DNA of 64,000 bases from the NCBI RefSeq assembly GCF_030684315.1, contig NC_081396.1:6200001-6264000 (forward strand), written 5' to 3'. The notes under the pieces are model-generated. The model was not told the origin of the DNA and did no database searches. It saw nothing but the letters and a program-made list of their open reading frames with translations. The first letter of the stretch is position 1. Each line of letters begins with the position of its first letter. The DNA is from Stegostoma tigrinum (lineage: Eukaryota). The position numbers and the translations under genes are program-made. This document shows, in pieces, positions 13,174 to 25,676 of the stretch.

Positions 13174-13462
13174 CCAATAAGGGGGGCGGGGCTGGAGGAC
13201 CAAGTGGGTGTAGCATCTCCTCCAGCCAACCAGAGTCAATGAGGGGGCGGAGCATCTCCTCCAGCCAATCAGTGAGGGGCGGGCTGGAGGACCAAGTGGG
13301 TGCAGCATCTCCATCCAATCAGTCAGTGAGGGGGCGGGGCTGGAGGACCAAGTGGGTGCAGCATCTCCATCCAATCAGTCAGTGAGGGGGCGGGGCTGGA
13401 GGACCAAGTGGGTGCAGTATCTCCCATCCAATCAGTCAGTGAGGGGGCGGGGCTGGAGGACC
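13174..13462. repeat. 56-bp minisatellite built from CCAAT box + GC box
   Basis: Unit ccaatcagtcagtgagggggcggggctggaggaccaagtgggtgcagcatctccat starting at 13315, 13371 and 13428 (last partial), plus three variant units from 13174. Confidence 0.9.
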
Positions 13463-13624
13463 GAGCAGGAAAGGCAGCTCTGACTTTTAAACTGAAGGAA
13501 ATAGTAATACCGTGCTGAACCCACTGCGACTATTAATACAGGAGAGTATTCTGGAAAATGTGGCTTCAAATCCCGACATGGACTGGCAGAAGATACATCT
13601 GGAATTGAAAGTTAATCTCAGAAA

Positions 13625-13910
13625 TGCCCTCCTCCAAACTCTTCCCTCAGGCAGAAGATACAAAAGGCTGAACACATGCACCAACAGCTTCTTCCCCGTC
13701 ATTGTTTGACTAATGAGTGGGCTATTTAACGTCAAATAATGTTGATCTTATTAATGTTGATCCTGCTTTGCACGCCTCCTGTGTGCCTCGATCTGTCTTA
13801 AGCACCCTCTGATCTGTATGCCCATGTTTGCTGTCATCTGCTTGTGCTGCTCGCAAAACAAAGCTTTTCCGTGTACTTAGATACACATGATTGCAATAAA
13901 TCAAATCAAA
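13625..13910 (+). mobile_element. Rex1/Babar-like LINE 3' end
   Basis: LPSGRRYKRLNTCTNSFFP peptide then aataaatcaaatcaaa tail; related copies at 18450-18950, 52930-53520 (-) and 62430-62855. Confidence 0.6.
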
Positions 13911-14679
13911 TTAATGGTGACCATTAAACTACCATCAGTTATCATGAAAAACCACCTGAACCACACATGCCCTTCAGGTAAAGAAATTTTTACCTGTGAC
14001 TTCTAACGTGTGATTCATGGTTCACTGCAACATTGATGACCGTGAAATGGTTAAGAGAGCAATTCAGTTCAAAGTACCTTTCAGTGACTGTTTTGAAGCC
14101 ATGAAAAATGAGGAGCACTAAAAATACACCAGTGTTCCAGATTTATACCAGATATTTTCTTAAAACACACAGGGTGGTTCTCGTGTGGAATGAACTTCCT
14201 GAGGAAGTGGCTGACGTGGGCACACTAGCAATGTTTAACTTGGATAAGTAAATGAGCAGGAAAGGTTTGAAGGGATATGGGCCTCAAGCAGGCAGGTGGG
14301 ACTAGTTGAGTTTGGGATTATGCTTGGCACGGATTGGTCGGACCGGAGGGTCTCTTCCCGTGCTGCGTGACTCTATGAAATGTGAGGAGGAGGCTCCAAG
14401 GGGCCAGGAAAGGGTTTCAGGTGCATATTGACTGACAAAGAGGAGACAGGATATTTTACAGAAGCAGGAGCAGATCTGGTTCAGAAAACCCAGCTGCATG
14501 CTGGGGTGATGCCTCCACTCGTGGATTGGCCAGATCCTGGATTATATGCTGATCTGATGCTGGCACCTGAGAAGAAGGAACATTAACAAAGTGATTAAGT
14601 AGTTGACGGTTTAGAGGGAATAGACTTGAGGGAGCAGCTGGTTCTGATGGTGCAAAAAAAAGCACTGAGGTGACTTCTC

Positions 14680-15035
14680 TTATTATTCATTCACAGGTTG
14701 AGAGCATCACCAGCTAGGCCAGCATTCATTGCCCCTTCTCTAATTGCCCAGAGGGTGGTTAAGAGTCAGCCACATTGCACATTGCTGTGGGCCTGCAGTT
14801 ACATGTAGGCCAGACCAGGTAAGGATGGCAGTTTCCTTCCCTAAAGGGCAGGAGTGAACCAGATGGGTTTTTCCAACAATCGATAAATGATTTTGTGGTC
14901 CTAAGACTTTTCGTTCCAGATTTTTATTGAATTCAAATTCCACCATCTGCAGTGACAAAGTTTGAATCCAGGTTCCCAGAACATCACCAGGGCCTCTGGA
15001 TTAACAGCCCAGCGATAATACCCAATGGGCCATCC
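14680..15035 (-). mobile_element. tRNA-derived SINE family A
   Basis: Homologous to 4320-4670. Confidence 0.7.
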
Positions 15036-15407
15036 CCCGACAGGGGCGTTACAGGGACAAGGAACCACTAGAGAAAGATGAGCGATCACAGATCAATCAA
15101 AGGGGCATGTTTAGAGATATTTTCGTCCAGTGGGTGAGTGGGAGAGAAGCAGTTGAGACATCAGATCATAGTGCCATGGAATCGCTGTGAGAGATTCTTT
15201 CATGTTGTTGGGATGTAACAGTCAGGAAAGAGAGCCATTTGGAAGTAACTTCATCTGGGAAACTAATCTGTTTTAAGAGATATTAAACTCAACGCACTCC
15301 ATTTGCTCACAGAGCTCATCTATTTGACATTTATCCAGAATATCAATTTCTATAACTGGGCTGAAACATAAACAGACCCAATGTGATTAACAGAAGAGCC
15401 ACTGCAG

Positions 15408-16109
15408 TCACTTGTGAACTTGCTGGTGTGTTAGTAGGTGGGAGGAACGGGTGAACCCCTTCCCACACTCAGTGCAGGTGAAAGGCCTCTCCCCGGTGTG
15501 AATACGCTGGTGGACAGTCAGTTCGGAGGACCGCCTGAACCCAGTCCCACAGTGACAGCAGGTGAACAGTCTCTCATCAGGGTGCACGCGTCGGTGAGAC
15601 GTCAGTTCCCAGGAGCTTTTGTAATGTTTCCCACAGTCTGGGCATTTAAACGGTCTCTCCCCGGTATGGACGCGCTGGTGAGTGAGCAGGGTAGATGACT
15701 GAGTGAATCCCTTCCCGCATTTGGAGCAGGCGTATGGTCTCTCCCCAGTGTGGGTTCGCTGGTGTTTCAGGAGGTGGGATGAGGTAGAGAACCCCTTCCT
15801 GCACTCAGAGCAGGTGAACGGCCTGGCCCCGGTGTGGATTCGCTGGTGTTTCAGCAGGTTGGACGAGGTAAAGAATCCCATCCCGCACTCGGAGCAGGCA
15901 AATGGCCTCTCGCCGGTGTGACTGCGCTGGTGAATTTCCAGCTCGAATGGGTAATTGAATCCCTTCCCACAGTCCCCGCATTTCCAGGATTTCTCCCCGG
16001 TGTGCCTGCGCTTGTGTTTAGACAGACCTGAGGACTGGCTGAAGCCTTGTCCACACGTGGGGCAAGTGTACAGTTTCTCTCCACCGCAAACGGCACTTTC
16101 TCCTTCCAT
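15408..16109 (-). CDS. tandem C2H2 zinc-finger protein, 8 fingers, 233 aa, no effector domain seen
   Basis: Intact ORF with 8 CxxC-x12-HxxxH units and TGERP linkers; aacATGG start; acceptor tttctgtttcaaatcaagttcgcag ending near 16206. Confidence 0.9.
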   Translation of the reverse strand: MEGESAVCGGEKLYTCPTCGQGFSQSSGLSKHKRRHTGEKSWKCGDCGKGFNYPFELEIHQRSHTGERPFACSECGMGFFTSSNLLKHQRIHTGARPFTCSECRKGFSTSSHLLKHQRTHTGERPYACSKCGKGFTQSSTLLTHQRVHTGERPFKCPDCGKHYKSSWELTSHRRVHPDERLFTCCHCGTGFRRSSELTVHQRIHTGERPFTCTECGKGFTRSSHLLTHQQVHK

Positions 16110-16497
16110 GTTGAAAATCCGATGATATTCGGGTTCGAGCAGCTCCCTCGGATGTTTGTTTTCGGTTTTTCCCTGCCGAATTCTCTCCCGTTCTCATACA
16201 GTACGCTGCGAACTTGATTTGAAACAGAAATAAAAAAGGGAGTGAGAGACAACCGACTAAAAGACGAAAGGAGGTTGTTAAATCGAGCTAATTGAACCTG
16301 ATTAATTTGTGGGCCTGGGGACTTGGAAGCAGTGACCGTGAAAGGTGCTGCGCTGTCACAGTAACACAACTCGTTCACTAATGTTTGTCAGGGGTGAGAA
16401 CCTGCCACTTAGACTGGGCCGACACAGGACGGAGGCCTCTGCAGGAGGAGAAATGTAGATACATGGAGAGAGAAAGAAGGAAAGAGAGACAGAGAGT

Positions 16498-17030
16498 GAG
16501 AGTCACACAGCATGGAAACTGACCCTTTGGTCCAAGCCAACCATAATCCCAAGTAAAGCTAGTCCCAGCTGCCTGAGCTTGGTCCAAATCACTCCAAACA
16601 GTTCATATTCATGTACTTATCAAAATGTCTTTTGAGTGGTGTAACGGATCTGAATCCACTACTTCCTCTGGAAGTTCATTCCATGCATGAACCAACCTCT
16701 GGGTAAGAGAAGTACCACTCGTGTCTTTTTATTTTAAACCTTTCATCTCTCAAATTAAAAATGTGACCCGAAGTCTTGAAATCTCCACCCTGCCATACAC
16801 AGCATCTATACCTCTCATGAATTTGTAAACCTCTACGAAGTCAGCCCTCAACCTCCTGCATGCCAGTGAAAAAAGTCCTTGCCTCTCCTTATCACTCAAA
16901 CTTTCCATACCCAACACCATCTTGCTAAATCTCTTTCTGAACGTCTCCACCTAAATAATATCCTTCCTATTACAGGGTGACCAGAACTGGACACAGTACT
17001 CCAGAAGAGGCCTGAACAACCTCAACAATA
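16498..17030 (-). mobile_element. CR1 3' fragment
   Basis: RRLRADFVEVYKFMRGID peptide and 3' UTR. Confidence 0.8.
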
Positions 17031-17036
17031 ACATTC

Positions 17037-17037
<1 letters not shown>

Positions 17038-17073
<36 letters not shown>
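17038..17073. repeat. (GA)n microsatellite
   Basis: Direct reading. Confidence 0.95.
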
Positions 17074-17077
<4 letters not shown>

Positions 17078-17429
17078 AAAAGGAAGAGAGATGGAAAGAG
17101 AAAGGAGAGAGATATGGTTGAGTCACAGGATGAAGGAAAGGGATGTTGCATACCTTGGCTCAACAGAATCTTCAAAACACTCAGCCTCCACCATTTAGAA
17201 AGAAAAAAGGTAAAAGGTTAATGTGTGCACCATTCTCCGTGTCCCATACAGTCCTGATCTATCAGACATGCAGGACTACATGAGCTACATTCTGGGCCAT
17301 TTGAAGCCATAGACTTCAGGTCCTGCTACAAGGTCCACTTGCCAGGCACAATCTCCACCTCCATCTCTCTCCCTGTCAACCAAACCAGACTACTCACAGG
17401 CACAATGTCATATCTGAATCCAGAGGTCA

Positions 17430-18010
17430 CGTTGTGACTGTACAGGACATTGGTGAGGCCTCTTTTGGAATACTGCGTTCAATTTCTGGTCTCCCTGCTG
17501 TAAGAAAGACGTTAAACTTGAAAAGGTGCAGGAAAAGATTGTCGAAGACATTGCCTTGATTGGGGGTTTGAGCTATGGGGAGAAGCTGAATAGTCTGGGG
17601 CTACATTCCCGGAGCATTGGAGGCTGAGGGGGTGACCTTATAGAGGTTTATAAAATCATGAGGGGCATGAATGGGGTGACTAGCCAAGATCTTTTTCCCA
17701 GGGGATGGGAGTCTAAAAATAGAGGGGATAGGTTCAAGGTGGGGGTGGGGGGGAAATATTTAAAAGGGACTTGAGGGGTACCTTTATCACGCAGAGGGTG
17801 GTGCATGTATGGAACAAGCTGTCAGAGGTCATGGTGGTGGCAGGTACAGTTATAACATTTAAAAGGCATCCGATGGATACATAAACAGGAAGGTTTTAGA
17901 GGGATATGGGCCAAATGCTGGCAAATAGGACTAGATTAAGTTAGGGTATCTAGTCGGCATGGATGAGTTGGACCAAAGGGTCTGCTTCCATGCTGTATGG
18001 CTCTGTGACT
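17430..18010 (+). mobile_element. CR1 3' fragment
   Basis: ttggtgaggcctcttttggaatactg...gaccttatagaggtttataaaatc and 3' UTR. Confidence 0.85.
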
Positions 18011-18517
18011 CGAAATACAAGTTGTTATTGTCGATTTGGACATGTATCCCTGTCACTTCTTCGCCTGTGGGGTGATTATCCTGTCGCTCCTTCGCTACCA
18101 GCATTGTGAGAGCACCGTGAGGCAGACAGATTGTCATGGTTCAAGCAGGTTAAACATCATCTTCACTGCAGGCAGCTAGGGATTGGTGATGGAGAGGCCA
18201 GGAGTAGGAAAAAACCGATCTGCCTCTTGAAAACTGCCAGCCCCTTCCTAGGTATCATGGTCCTTTGATGTTTCATGTAATGTTGGAGATCAAGGACAAA
18301 CCTCTTAACCACCCTGATATAAGGGCAGAGACCAACAGCTCAGTCAAAGAGCAAATGCTCGAAATATTCAGCAGGTCAGGCAGATACTTAAGTCAAGTGG
18401 AGACAGAAACAGATACAAGATTTTCATATGTGCAGAAGGACTACAGAGAATACTCTCCCACCCTCTTCTGTCTGGCAGAAGGTACAAAAGTATGAAAACA
18501 CGTACCAACCAGATTCA

Positions 18518-18713
18518 AGATAACAAAGTGTGGAGCTGGATGAACACAGCAGGCCAAGCAGCATCTCAGGAGCACAAAAGCTGACGTTTCGGGCCTAGAC
18601 CCTTCATCAGAAAGCTTTTGTGCTCCTGAGATGCTGCTTGGCCTGCTGTGTTCATCCAGCTCCACACTTTGTTGTCTTGGATTCTCCAGCATCTGCAGTT
18701 CCCAGTATCTCTC
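18518..18713. mobile_element. young Penelope-like insertion (inverted ends, hammerhead) nested in a Rex1-like element
   Basis: 18518-18582 is the reverse complement of about 18613-18678; hammerhead core at 18583-18610 (-); flanking duplication accaa(c)cagattcaaga at 18504-18520 and 18714-18729. Confidence 0.8.
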
Positions 18714-19374
18714 ACCAACAGATTCAAGAACAGCTTCCTCCCTGATGTTAAAAGACTTTGGAACAGACCTCTCAAGCACTAACGTTGATCTGTCTCTGCA
18801 CATTCTATGTAGCTTTAAATTTGTATCTGCATTCTGTTCTATTAGTCTGATGTACAATACTTATGTAAGGTGTGACATGCCTGTGTAGCACACAAAACAT
18901 TACTTTTCACTGTATCTCAATACAAGTGACAATGATAAAACAAATCAAAATAATGGAAGCAAAATGCACTGCACAACAGGAGACACAATTCACAGCTTGT
19001 AACAATCATGTAGGAAGACAAAAGCTGGGAATTCAGCAGCACATGGCCATGGGATGGGTAACAGTGGAAGATGGGATGGAAAGAGGTGGAACAGATGGAT
19101 TTCAGATCCATGGTAAAGCAGCTACAGCAGCCCTAGAGCAGGGGACCTTCAACGACAACAGAGCACCCAACCAGAAGCTCTAGCTCGTAGGCGAACGCTC
19201 AAAAATAGTCAAGTCCGAATCAGTTTCTGTTTTTAAATTTAAATCTCCAGCTGCAACCTGTGGCTGGTAAGTTCTCAGAAGTAACTGGGATCAGAGACAA
19301 GTTGAGGAAAGACCCAGGGTGCGTGGAATGATCAGTGCACGATGACACACACACGCACTCACACTCAGAGCATC

Positions 19375-20078
19375 TAGGACTGAGAAAACGAGTCCGAGGG
19401 ACTGCTGCCGAACAAAGAGACCTCGGGGTGCAGGTTCATAGCTCCCTGAAAGTAGAGTCGCAGGTAGACAGGGTAGTGAAGAAGGCATTTGGCCCACTTG
19501 CCTTTACTGGTCAGTGCATTGCCTATTGGAGTTAGAATTATCATGTTGCAGCTGTACAAGGCATTAGTTCGGCTACTTTTAGAATGCTGTGTTCAATTCT
19601 GGTCTCCCTGCTGTAGGAACAATGTTGCTAAACATGAGGGGGTTCGGAAAAGATTTACAAAGACACTGCCGGGATTGGAGGGTTTGAGCTATAGGGAAAG
19701 GCTGAATAGGCTGGGGCTATTCCCGAATCATTGGAGGCTGAGGGGTGACCTGATAGAGATTTATAAATTCATGAGCGTCATGGATAGGGTGGGGGAGTCC
19801 AAATCTAGAGGACATAGGTTTAAGGTGAGAGGGGGAAAAGATTTAAAAGGGACCTGCGGGGCAACTTTTTCACGCAGAGGGTGGTGAGTGTATGTAATGA
19901 GCTGCCAGAGGAAGTGATGGAGGCTGGTACAGTTACAACATTTAAAAGGCATCTGGATGGATACATGACCAGGACAGGTTAAGAGGGACATGGGCCAAGT
20001 GCTGGCAAATGGAACTAGGTTAATTTAGGATATCCAGTTGCATGCTCGAGTTGGATGGCAGGATCTGTTTCCATGACT
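19375..20078 (+). mobile_element. CR1 3' fragment
   Basis: LYKALVRLLLECCVQFWSP...LRGDLIEIYK peptide. Confidence 0.9.
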
Positions 20079-20439
20079 CTGAGGGTTATCACAACACAGT
20101 GTGGAGGACATGAGGGTTCACGAGAGGGAATAGATGAGATTTACAAGAAGTGGTTTGAGAAATGTGGGAGCTCCAGTTGCAACATTAGCTTGGTGACACT
20201 GGGGTGTCTGAAGGAGATGGAGAAGAGGTCTGATCGAGGTGGAAAACATGAATAAGAAATGTATGGAGGGATATGGGCCAAGCCCAGGCAGGTAGAACTA
20301 GTTTAGTTTGGGAGCATGGTCAGCATGGGCTGGTCAGACAGAAAGGTCTGTTTCCATGCTGTATGACTCTGTGAAGGAGCAGAAGTAGGCCACTCAGCCC
20401 ATCGACTCCATTCTGCCATTCAATGCAATCATGATGTAG

Positions 20440-21600
20440 TCAACTGGAGTTTAGAGGAGACTTTATTGGAACATATGAGGAGCTTGATAGAGGAGATGTG
20501 GAGAAGTTGTTAACCATTCTGGGAGAGTCCAGGACTAGAGGGAATCATCTTAGAATAAGGGGTTGCCCATTTAGGACAGGCTTGAGGAGGAATTCCTTCT
20601 CTAAGGGTCATGATCTGCGGAATTCATTACCGCAGACGGCTGTTAAGGCTGGGTCATTGAATACATTCAAGGCTGAGATAATTTTTTTAAAAAATCAAAA
20701 ACATACTGGGGTGGGAGGGTGAGGGGTTTGGGTCCAGATGTTCCCTATAGGGTGAAATGTAGGAGCAATAAGCCCAGAAAACACATGCTGTCTAGGAATA
20801 TTCAGGAGTGGGTAAAAGGGAAAGGGAGACATCTAGCAGGTACAAAGAGAGCAGAACAACAGAGGTCCGAGAGGACTGTCAAAACAGAACTCAAGGGAGA
20901 AATTAGAAGAGCAAGGAGTGGGCATGAGGAAACACTGGGGAGATTAGATTAGGGAGAATCCCAAAATGTTTACAAGTATCTCAAGGGAAAAAGAATAACC
21001 AGGGAAAGTGTACAGTCCAAGGGGCAAGTTTGCATATGAAGCCAGAGGACAGTGGAATACTTCACATCTGACTGTAGTCGATAAGTCCCCATGTTTGTCT
21101 GAATCGTATCCCATTCTGATGAGATAGGAAATTACACGGGCCCTGACCCAAATGTTTAAATTGCCTCTGGCCAAGAGACGTGCCACAGCATTGGAAAATG
21201 GCTAACATGATGCCACTTTCCAAGAAGGGTGAAGGAGATAGAACAGGGAACTATTGACTAGTGAGTCCAATGTCAGTGAGAGGGAAACTATCAGAGAAAA
21301 TAGTGAAGAAGAAAATTAATCTCCATTAAGAAAGGGAGGAGAGGGAGGTCATGCCTAACAAATCTGGTGGAATCTTTTCAAGAGGAGACCAAGGGATGAG
21401 GGTAGTGCAGTTAATGTAGTTTATGTGGATTTCAGCAAGCTCTTGACATAATCCCACATGGGAAACCGATAAAGAAGGTAAAATCTCATGGGACATAGGG
21501 TAACTTGGCAAGCTGAATCCGAAACCGGCTTAGTAACAGGAGGTGGTGGAAACTGTCTGGGCCTGTGTGCAGTGACGTACCACAGGGATCAGTGCTGGGT
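20440..21600 (+). mobile_element. several decayed CR1 fragments
   Basis: SRTRGNHLRIRG 3' motif, then gggaactattgactagtgagt (GNYRPVS-like) and MDFSK-like RT remnants. Confidence 0.65.
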
Positions 21601-21605
21601 CCCTT

Positions 21606-23000
21606 AGCACAGAAACAGACCCTTCAGTCCAACCAGTCCATGCCAAACGTAATTCCAAACTAAGATAGTCCCACCTGCCTGTACTTAGCCCAGATCCCTC
21701 CAAACATTTCCTATTTATGTACTTATCCAAATGTCTTTGAACATTGTGACTGTATCCGCATCCACCACTTCCTCTGGAAGTTCATTCCACACATGAACCA
21801 CTGTGTAAAAAAAAATATTGCCCTCATGTCCTTTCTCCTCTCACCTTAAAAATATGCCCCTAGTTTTGAACTCCCCCCCCCCACCCTTGGGAGAAGACCC
21901 TTGTCTTTCACCTCATCTATGCCCCTCATGATTTTATAAACCTCAATAGGGTCACCTCTTAAGTGTCAAAGAGTCCCAGACTCTCCTTATAACTCAAACC
22001 TTCCATTCCCAGCAATACCCCAGTAAATCTTTTCCGAACTTTCTCCAGTTTAATAATATCCTTCCTATAACAGGGCAAACAGAACTGCGCAAAGTACTCC
22101 AGAAGAGGCCTCATTTACATCCTTACAATATCAACATGATGTCCCAATTCCTACACTCAAAAGGTGTCTGCAATGAGGGCAAGCGTGCTAAAACACCTTC
22201 TTAACCACTCTATATCTTTAATGCAAATCTCAAAGAATTATGCTCCTGAACCCCTCAGACTCTCTGTTCTACAACACTGCTCAAAACCCTGCCTTTAATT
22301 GTGTGAGTCTTCTGTTTGTTTGTTGTACCAAAATGTAATGCGTCTCATTTATCCGAATTGATCTATCTGCCACTCTTCAGCTCATTGACACAATTTATCA
22401 AGATCTCTTTGTAACCTTAGATAACCTTCTTCACTCTCCACTGTATCACCAATCTTGGTATCATCTGCAAGCTTACTAACCATGTTTTCTGTAATCTCAT
22501 CTAAATCATGTATATAAATGACAAAACAGAAGTTGATCCAGCACCAATCACTGTGAAACACCTCTGTTCACAGGCGTGCAGTCCAAAAAACAACCTTCTT
22601 CCATCTCCGTCTCATGCTGTTAAGCCAATTTTGTATTCAATTGACAAGCTCACCATGAATCCATTGATTTCTAACTGTACTAATTACTTTACCATGCAAA
22701 ATCTTGGCAAAGGCTTTACTAAGGTCCAAGAAAACAACATCTCCTGATCTACCCTCAATCTTCTTGGTTACTTCCTCAAAAAATCATGCAAGTTTGTGAG
22801 ACACAGTCTCCCTCGCACAAACCATGCCAACTATCCCTAATCATTCCCTGTTTCTCCAAATGCATATAAATCCTGTATTTCAGAATCACTTCCAACAACT
22901 TATTCAGACTCACAGGTCTGGAGTTCCAGGCTTCTCCTTACAGCCTTTCTTAAACAAAGACACAACATTAGCCACTCTCCAGTTATTCGGCACCTAATCT
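21606..23000 (-). mobile_element. CR1 fragment (RT to 3' UTR)
   Basis: KxADDTKIG remnant near 22450-22475 and CR1 3' UTR at 21606. Confidence 0.8.
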
Positions 23001-23014
23001 GAATGAGGATTTGG

Positions 23015-23350
23015 GGATGCAACAGAGACTAGCGATATTATCCCTGGACTGGTAATCCAGAGACCGGACAACATTCTGGGGACCCAGGTTCAAATCCCGC
23101 GATGGCAGCTGGTGGAATCTGAATCCAATAAGATACCTGGAATTAAGCATCTAATGGTGACCATGTGTCAATTGTCAGAAAAACCCATCTGGTTCACTCA
23201 TGTCCTTTAGGGAAGGGACTGCCAACCTTACCTGATCTGACCTACATGTGACTCTAGACCCACAGCAATGTGGTTGACTCTTAACTGCCGCCTCGGCAAT
23301 TAGGGATGGGCAATACATGCTGCCTCGCCCTCATCCCCTAAATTAATAAA
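23015..23350 (+). mobile_element. tRNA-derived SINE family A
   Basis: ggttcaaatccc B-box at about 23087; reverse complement of the 4320-4670 family. Confidence 0.7.
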
Positions 23351-23669
23351 CTGAATTTTTAAAAATCCGTTGTTATACTTGATGCAAATTCCTCATCTCT
23401 GTCTTCAATGTGCAACCCCTCACTCTGAGATGCTGCTGTCTGGTCCTCGACTCCCCCATAAGGAGAAACAACCTCTCCACACCTTCCCTGTCAAGGTTCC
23501 CCTATGTTCCAATAAGGTCTCCTCTCATTCCTCGACACTCTAGCTGAGTGCATCATGATTGCATTGAATGGCAGAGGGGAGTCAATGGGCTGAATGTCCT
23601 ACTTCTGCTCGCATACCGTTAGAGGTACATGACAACAAAAATCTCGGGGGCATTGACTGACCTCCAACA

Positions 23670-24400
23670 ACACCACAGCCATCTTCCACGGCGCTGAGGG
23701 CGGGCCAGGCATGCGCAATTGGAAAGGCGCCGGCAACACCGGAACTGCGCCTGCGCGCTCGAAACCAGCCGGCACAGCTGCTCTTGGCTGCGCGTGCGCA
23801 CCGTCTCACGCCGTCACGAAAGATGGCGCCCAGGCCTCAAGCCGGACAAAAGCCCTCGCAGCTGTTAACGTGAACACTCGCCGCAAACAAAAGGGATCGG
23901 TCCTCCCGTTTTTTTTTGAGTTTGGGATGCGTACTGGGGGTATTTATGAAACGTTACACCCCTCTCTCTCCTCCCGTTTCACCTCAGGAAGATCCCGCTT
24001 CGCCGTGCGCTTACGGTCTGCGGATCCGAACAAACAAACTTCACTCGCGGCCATGACCCGCAATGCGCATGCGTCCTGTAGGATGCCATCCATTGGACCA
24101 ATAGTGGGAAAGGGGCGGGCCTGAAGGGCGATGTCAGGGGTGGTGGGTCTCCAACCAATGAAAATAGGAGGGGGCGGGCTTGGAGGACTAAATGGCAGCG
24201 GGTGATCTTCCAATCAACCCGAGTTAATGCGAGCCTGGTCCTCCAACCAATCAGAACGAATGAAAAGATGAGCGGCTGACGCTTTACCCAATTGGAACGA
24301 AATGAGGTAAGACTGGCTGATGCCTTAGCCAATTGGAGTGAAAGGGGTGGGGCCAGTCTGCCAACAATTGCGGGAACACGTTGCAACAAAGGACGGTTCA
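23670..24400 (-). promoter_or_regulatory. CpG-island promoter, probably of the ZNF gene at 15408-16109
   Basis: CpG-dense; NRF1-type GCATGCGC at about 23709 and GCGCATGCG at about 24065, YY1 AAGATGGCG at about 23820, several CCAAT plus GC boxes 24098-24355; gene link inferred from position. Confidence 0.65.
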
Positions 24401-24564
24401 GGGTAGGATAGGGGAATGCGAGCAATGTTAAAACGGGCAAATAACACACACTGGCCTGACACATTTGATATAATTTAAACAGAGAACTAGCAGCAGCTCA
24501 GATTGTGTCAATCTTGTGAACAAAAGAAGCTCCAAGAGCTAAAACAGAATTTGCTGGTAAAGCT

Positions 24565-25100
24565 TGTGAGATTTATCAAAACACCCGTGCTCACAATCAC
24601 AGAACCACTGGGAACAAAGTCGTGGAGACAAGTTCTTTTATTGCGAGTCTGCAGAGTTGGGTGCCCCCGGAGAGACCCTGATACAGAGTTTGCAGTCTTC
24701 TTTTATACATCCCATTCATTATGTATTCAGGCGCCAATGTTTGTATTCCCTCGGGCCTCCCTAAGTGGGCGTCCCCATCTGTAGTTCAGCTCTGGCTTTT
24801 ACTGTTCTCTACTACGCATGTGCCATAGCTGGCTGTGGCTACACACTCCTCACCTTTTCACCTACTTAGCCCCAAGCGTTTCCTGGATCTGGTTTTAGCT
24901 GGTTCTTAATCGCTCCTTACTGTTATCTTCTGCTCACTCAAGCTGATCCCCCAGACTGTGCACTGCCGCCTCACCACTTCTCCTTATTGCTATCACATCT
25001 GTGACTAAATTCCTGTCCAAGTGTTAACTGTTGTGCCTAAGTTTATGTACTAGTGTTAACTGTAGTTTAACCACTGTCCTGTAGCACTCCATTTCTCTCA
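24565..25100 (-). mobile_element. solo LTR (ERV/Gypsy-type), 536 bp
   Basis: TG...CA termini, 4-bp TSD AGCT at 24561-24564 and 25101-25104, minus-strand TATAAAA (24701-24707) and AATAAA (24637-24642); splits a Penelope-like fragment. Confidence 0.8.
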
Positions 25101-25676
25101 AGCTCAACAGGGTTTTGACAGCACCTTCGGAGAACTTTAACTCTGATTTCTCTCCACAGATGCTGCCAGGCCTGCTGAGTTTTACCAGGAATTTCCGTTT
25201 TTGTTTCTGATTTACAGCGTCTGGAGTTCTTTTGGTTTTTATTAAACTCCCACGAGCAAGGGCTTGTTATTAGAGAGAAGACAGGAGGAAGTAAACTTAG
25301 AAGCATTAGACTCATCATATGGTTTAAAAATGATGATTTATTTGACTTTTATCCATAATATTAATCCCGTAACTAAGCTTGATATTTTTCCTAACAATAG
25401 CCAAAACAGACTCCAGAAAACCACAGTTTTCAGTCCTATTTGTGACTAATGGCAACATCTCATTCTACAAGCTTATTGTGAACTCACTGGTGTTTTGACA
25501 GCGTACACAAAATGGCAATTTCTCTACCCTGTGTGAATTCGTTGATGTACAGCAACTTGAGCTGATCACCTAAACCCACTGGGGCAGTGAAAACAGTCTC
25601 AAGTGAGAGCAACCTGATGTGACATTAGTTCCCACGACCCTTTGTGACATTTTCTGCACTGGGACCTTTAAAAGTT

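Noticed and set aside
13174-13462. CRISPR-like appearance of the repeat array
   Set aside because: No unique spacers, no cas genes, eukaryotic context
23582-24464. ORFs in CpG islands as possible effector-domain exons
   Set aside because: No KRAB/SCAN/BTB-like motif and no peptide similarity between islands by eye
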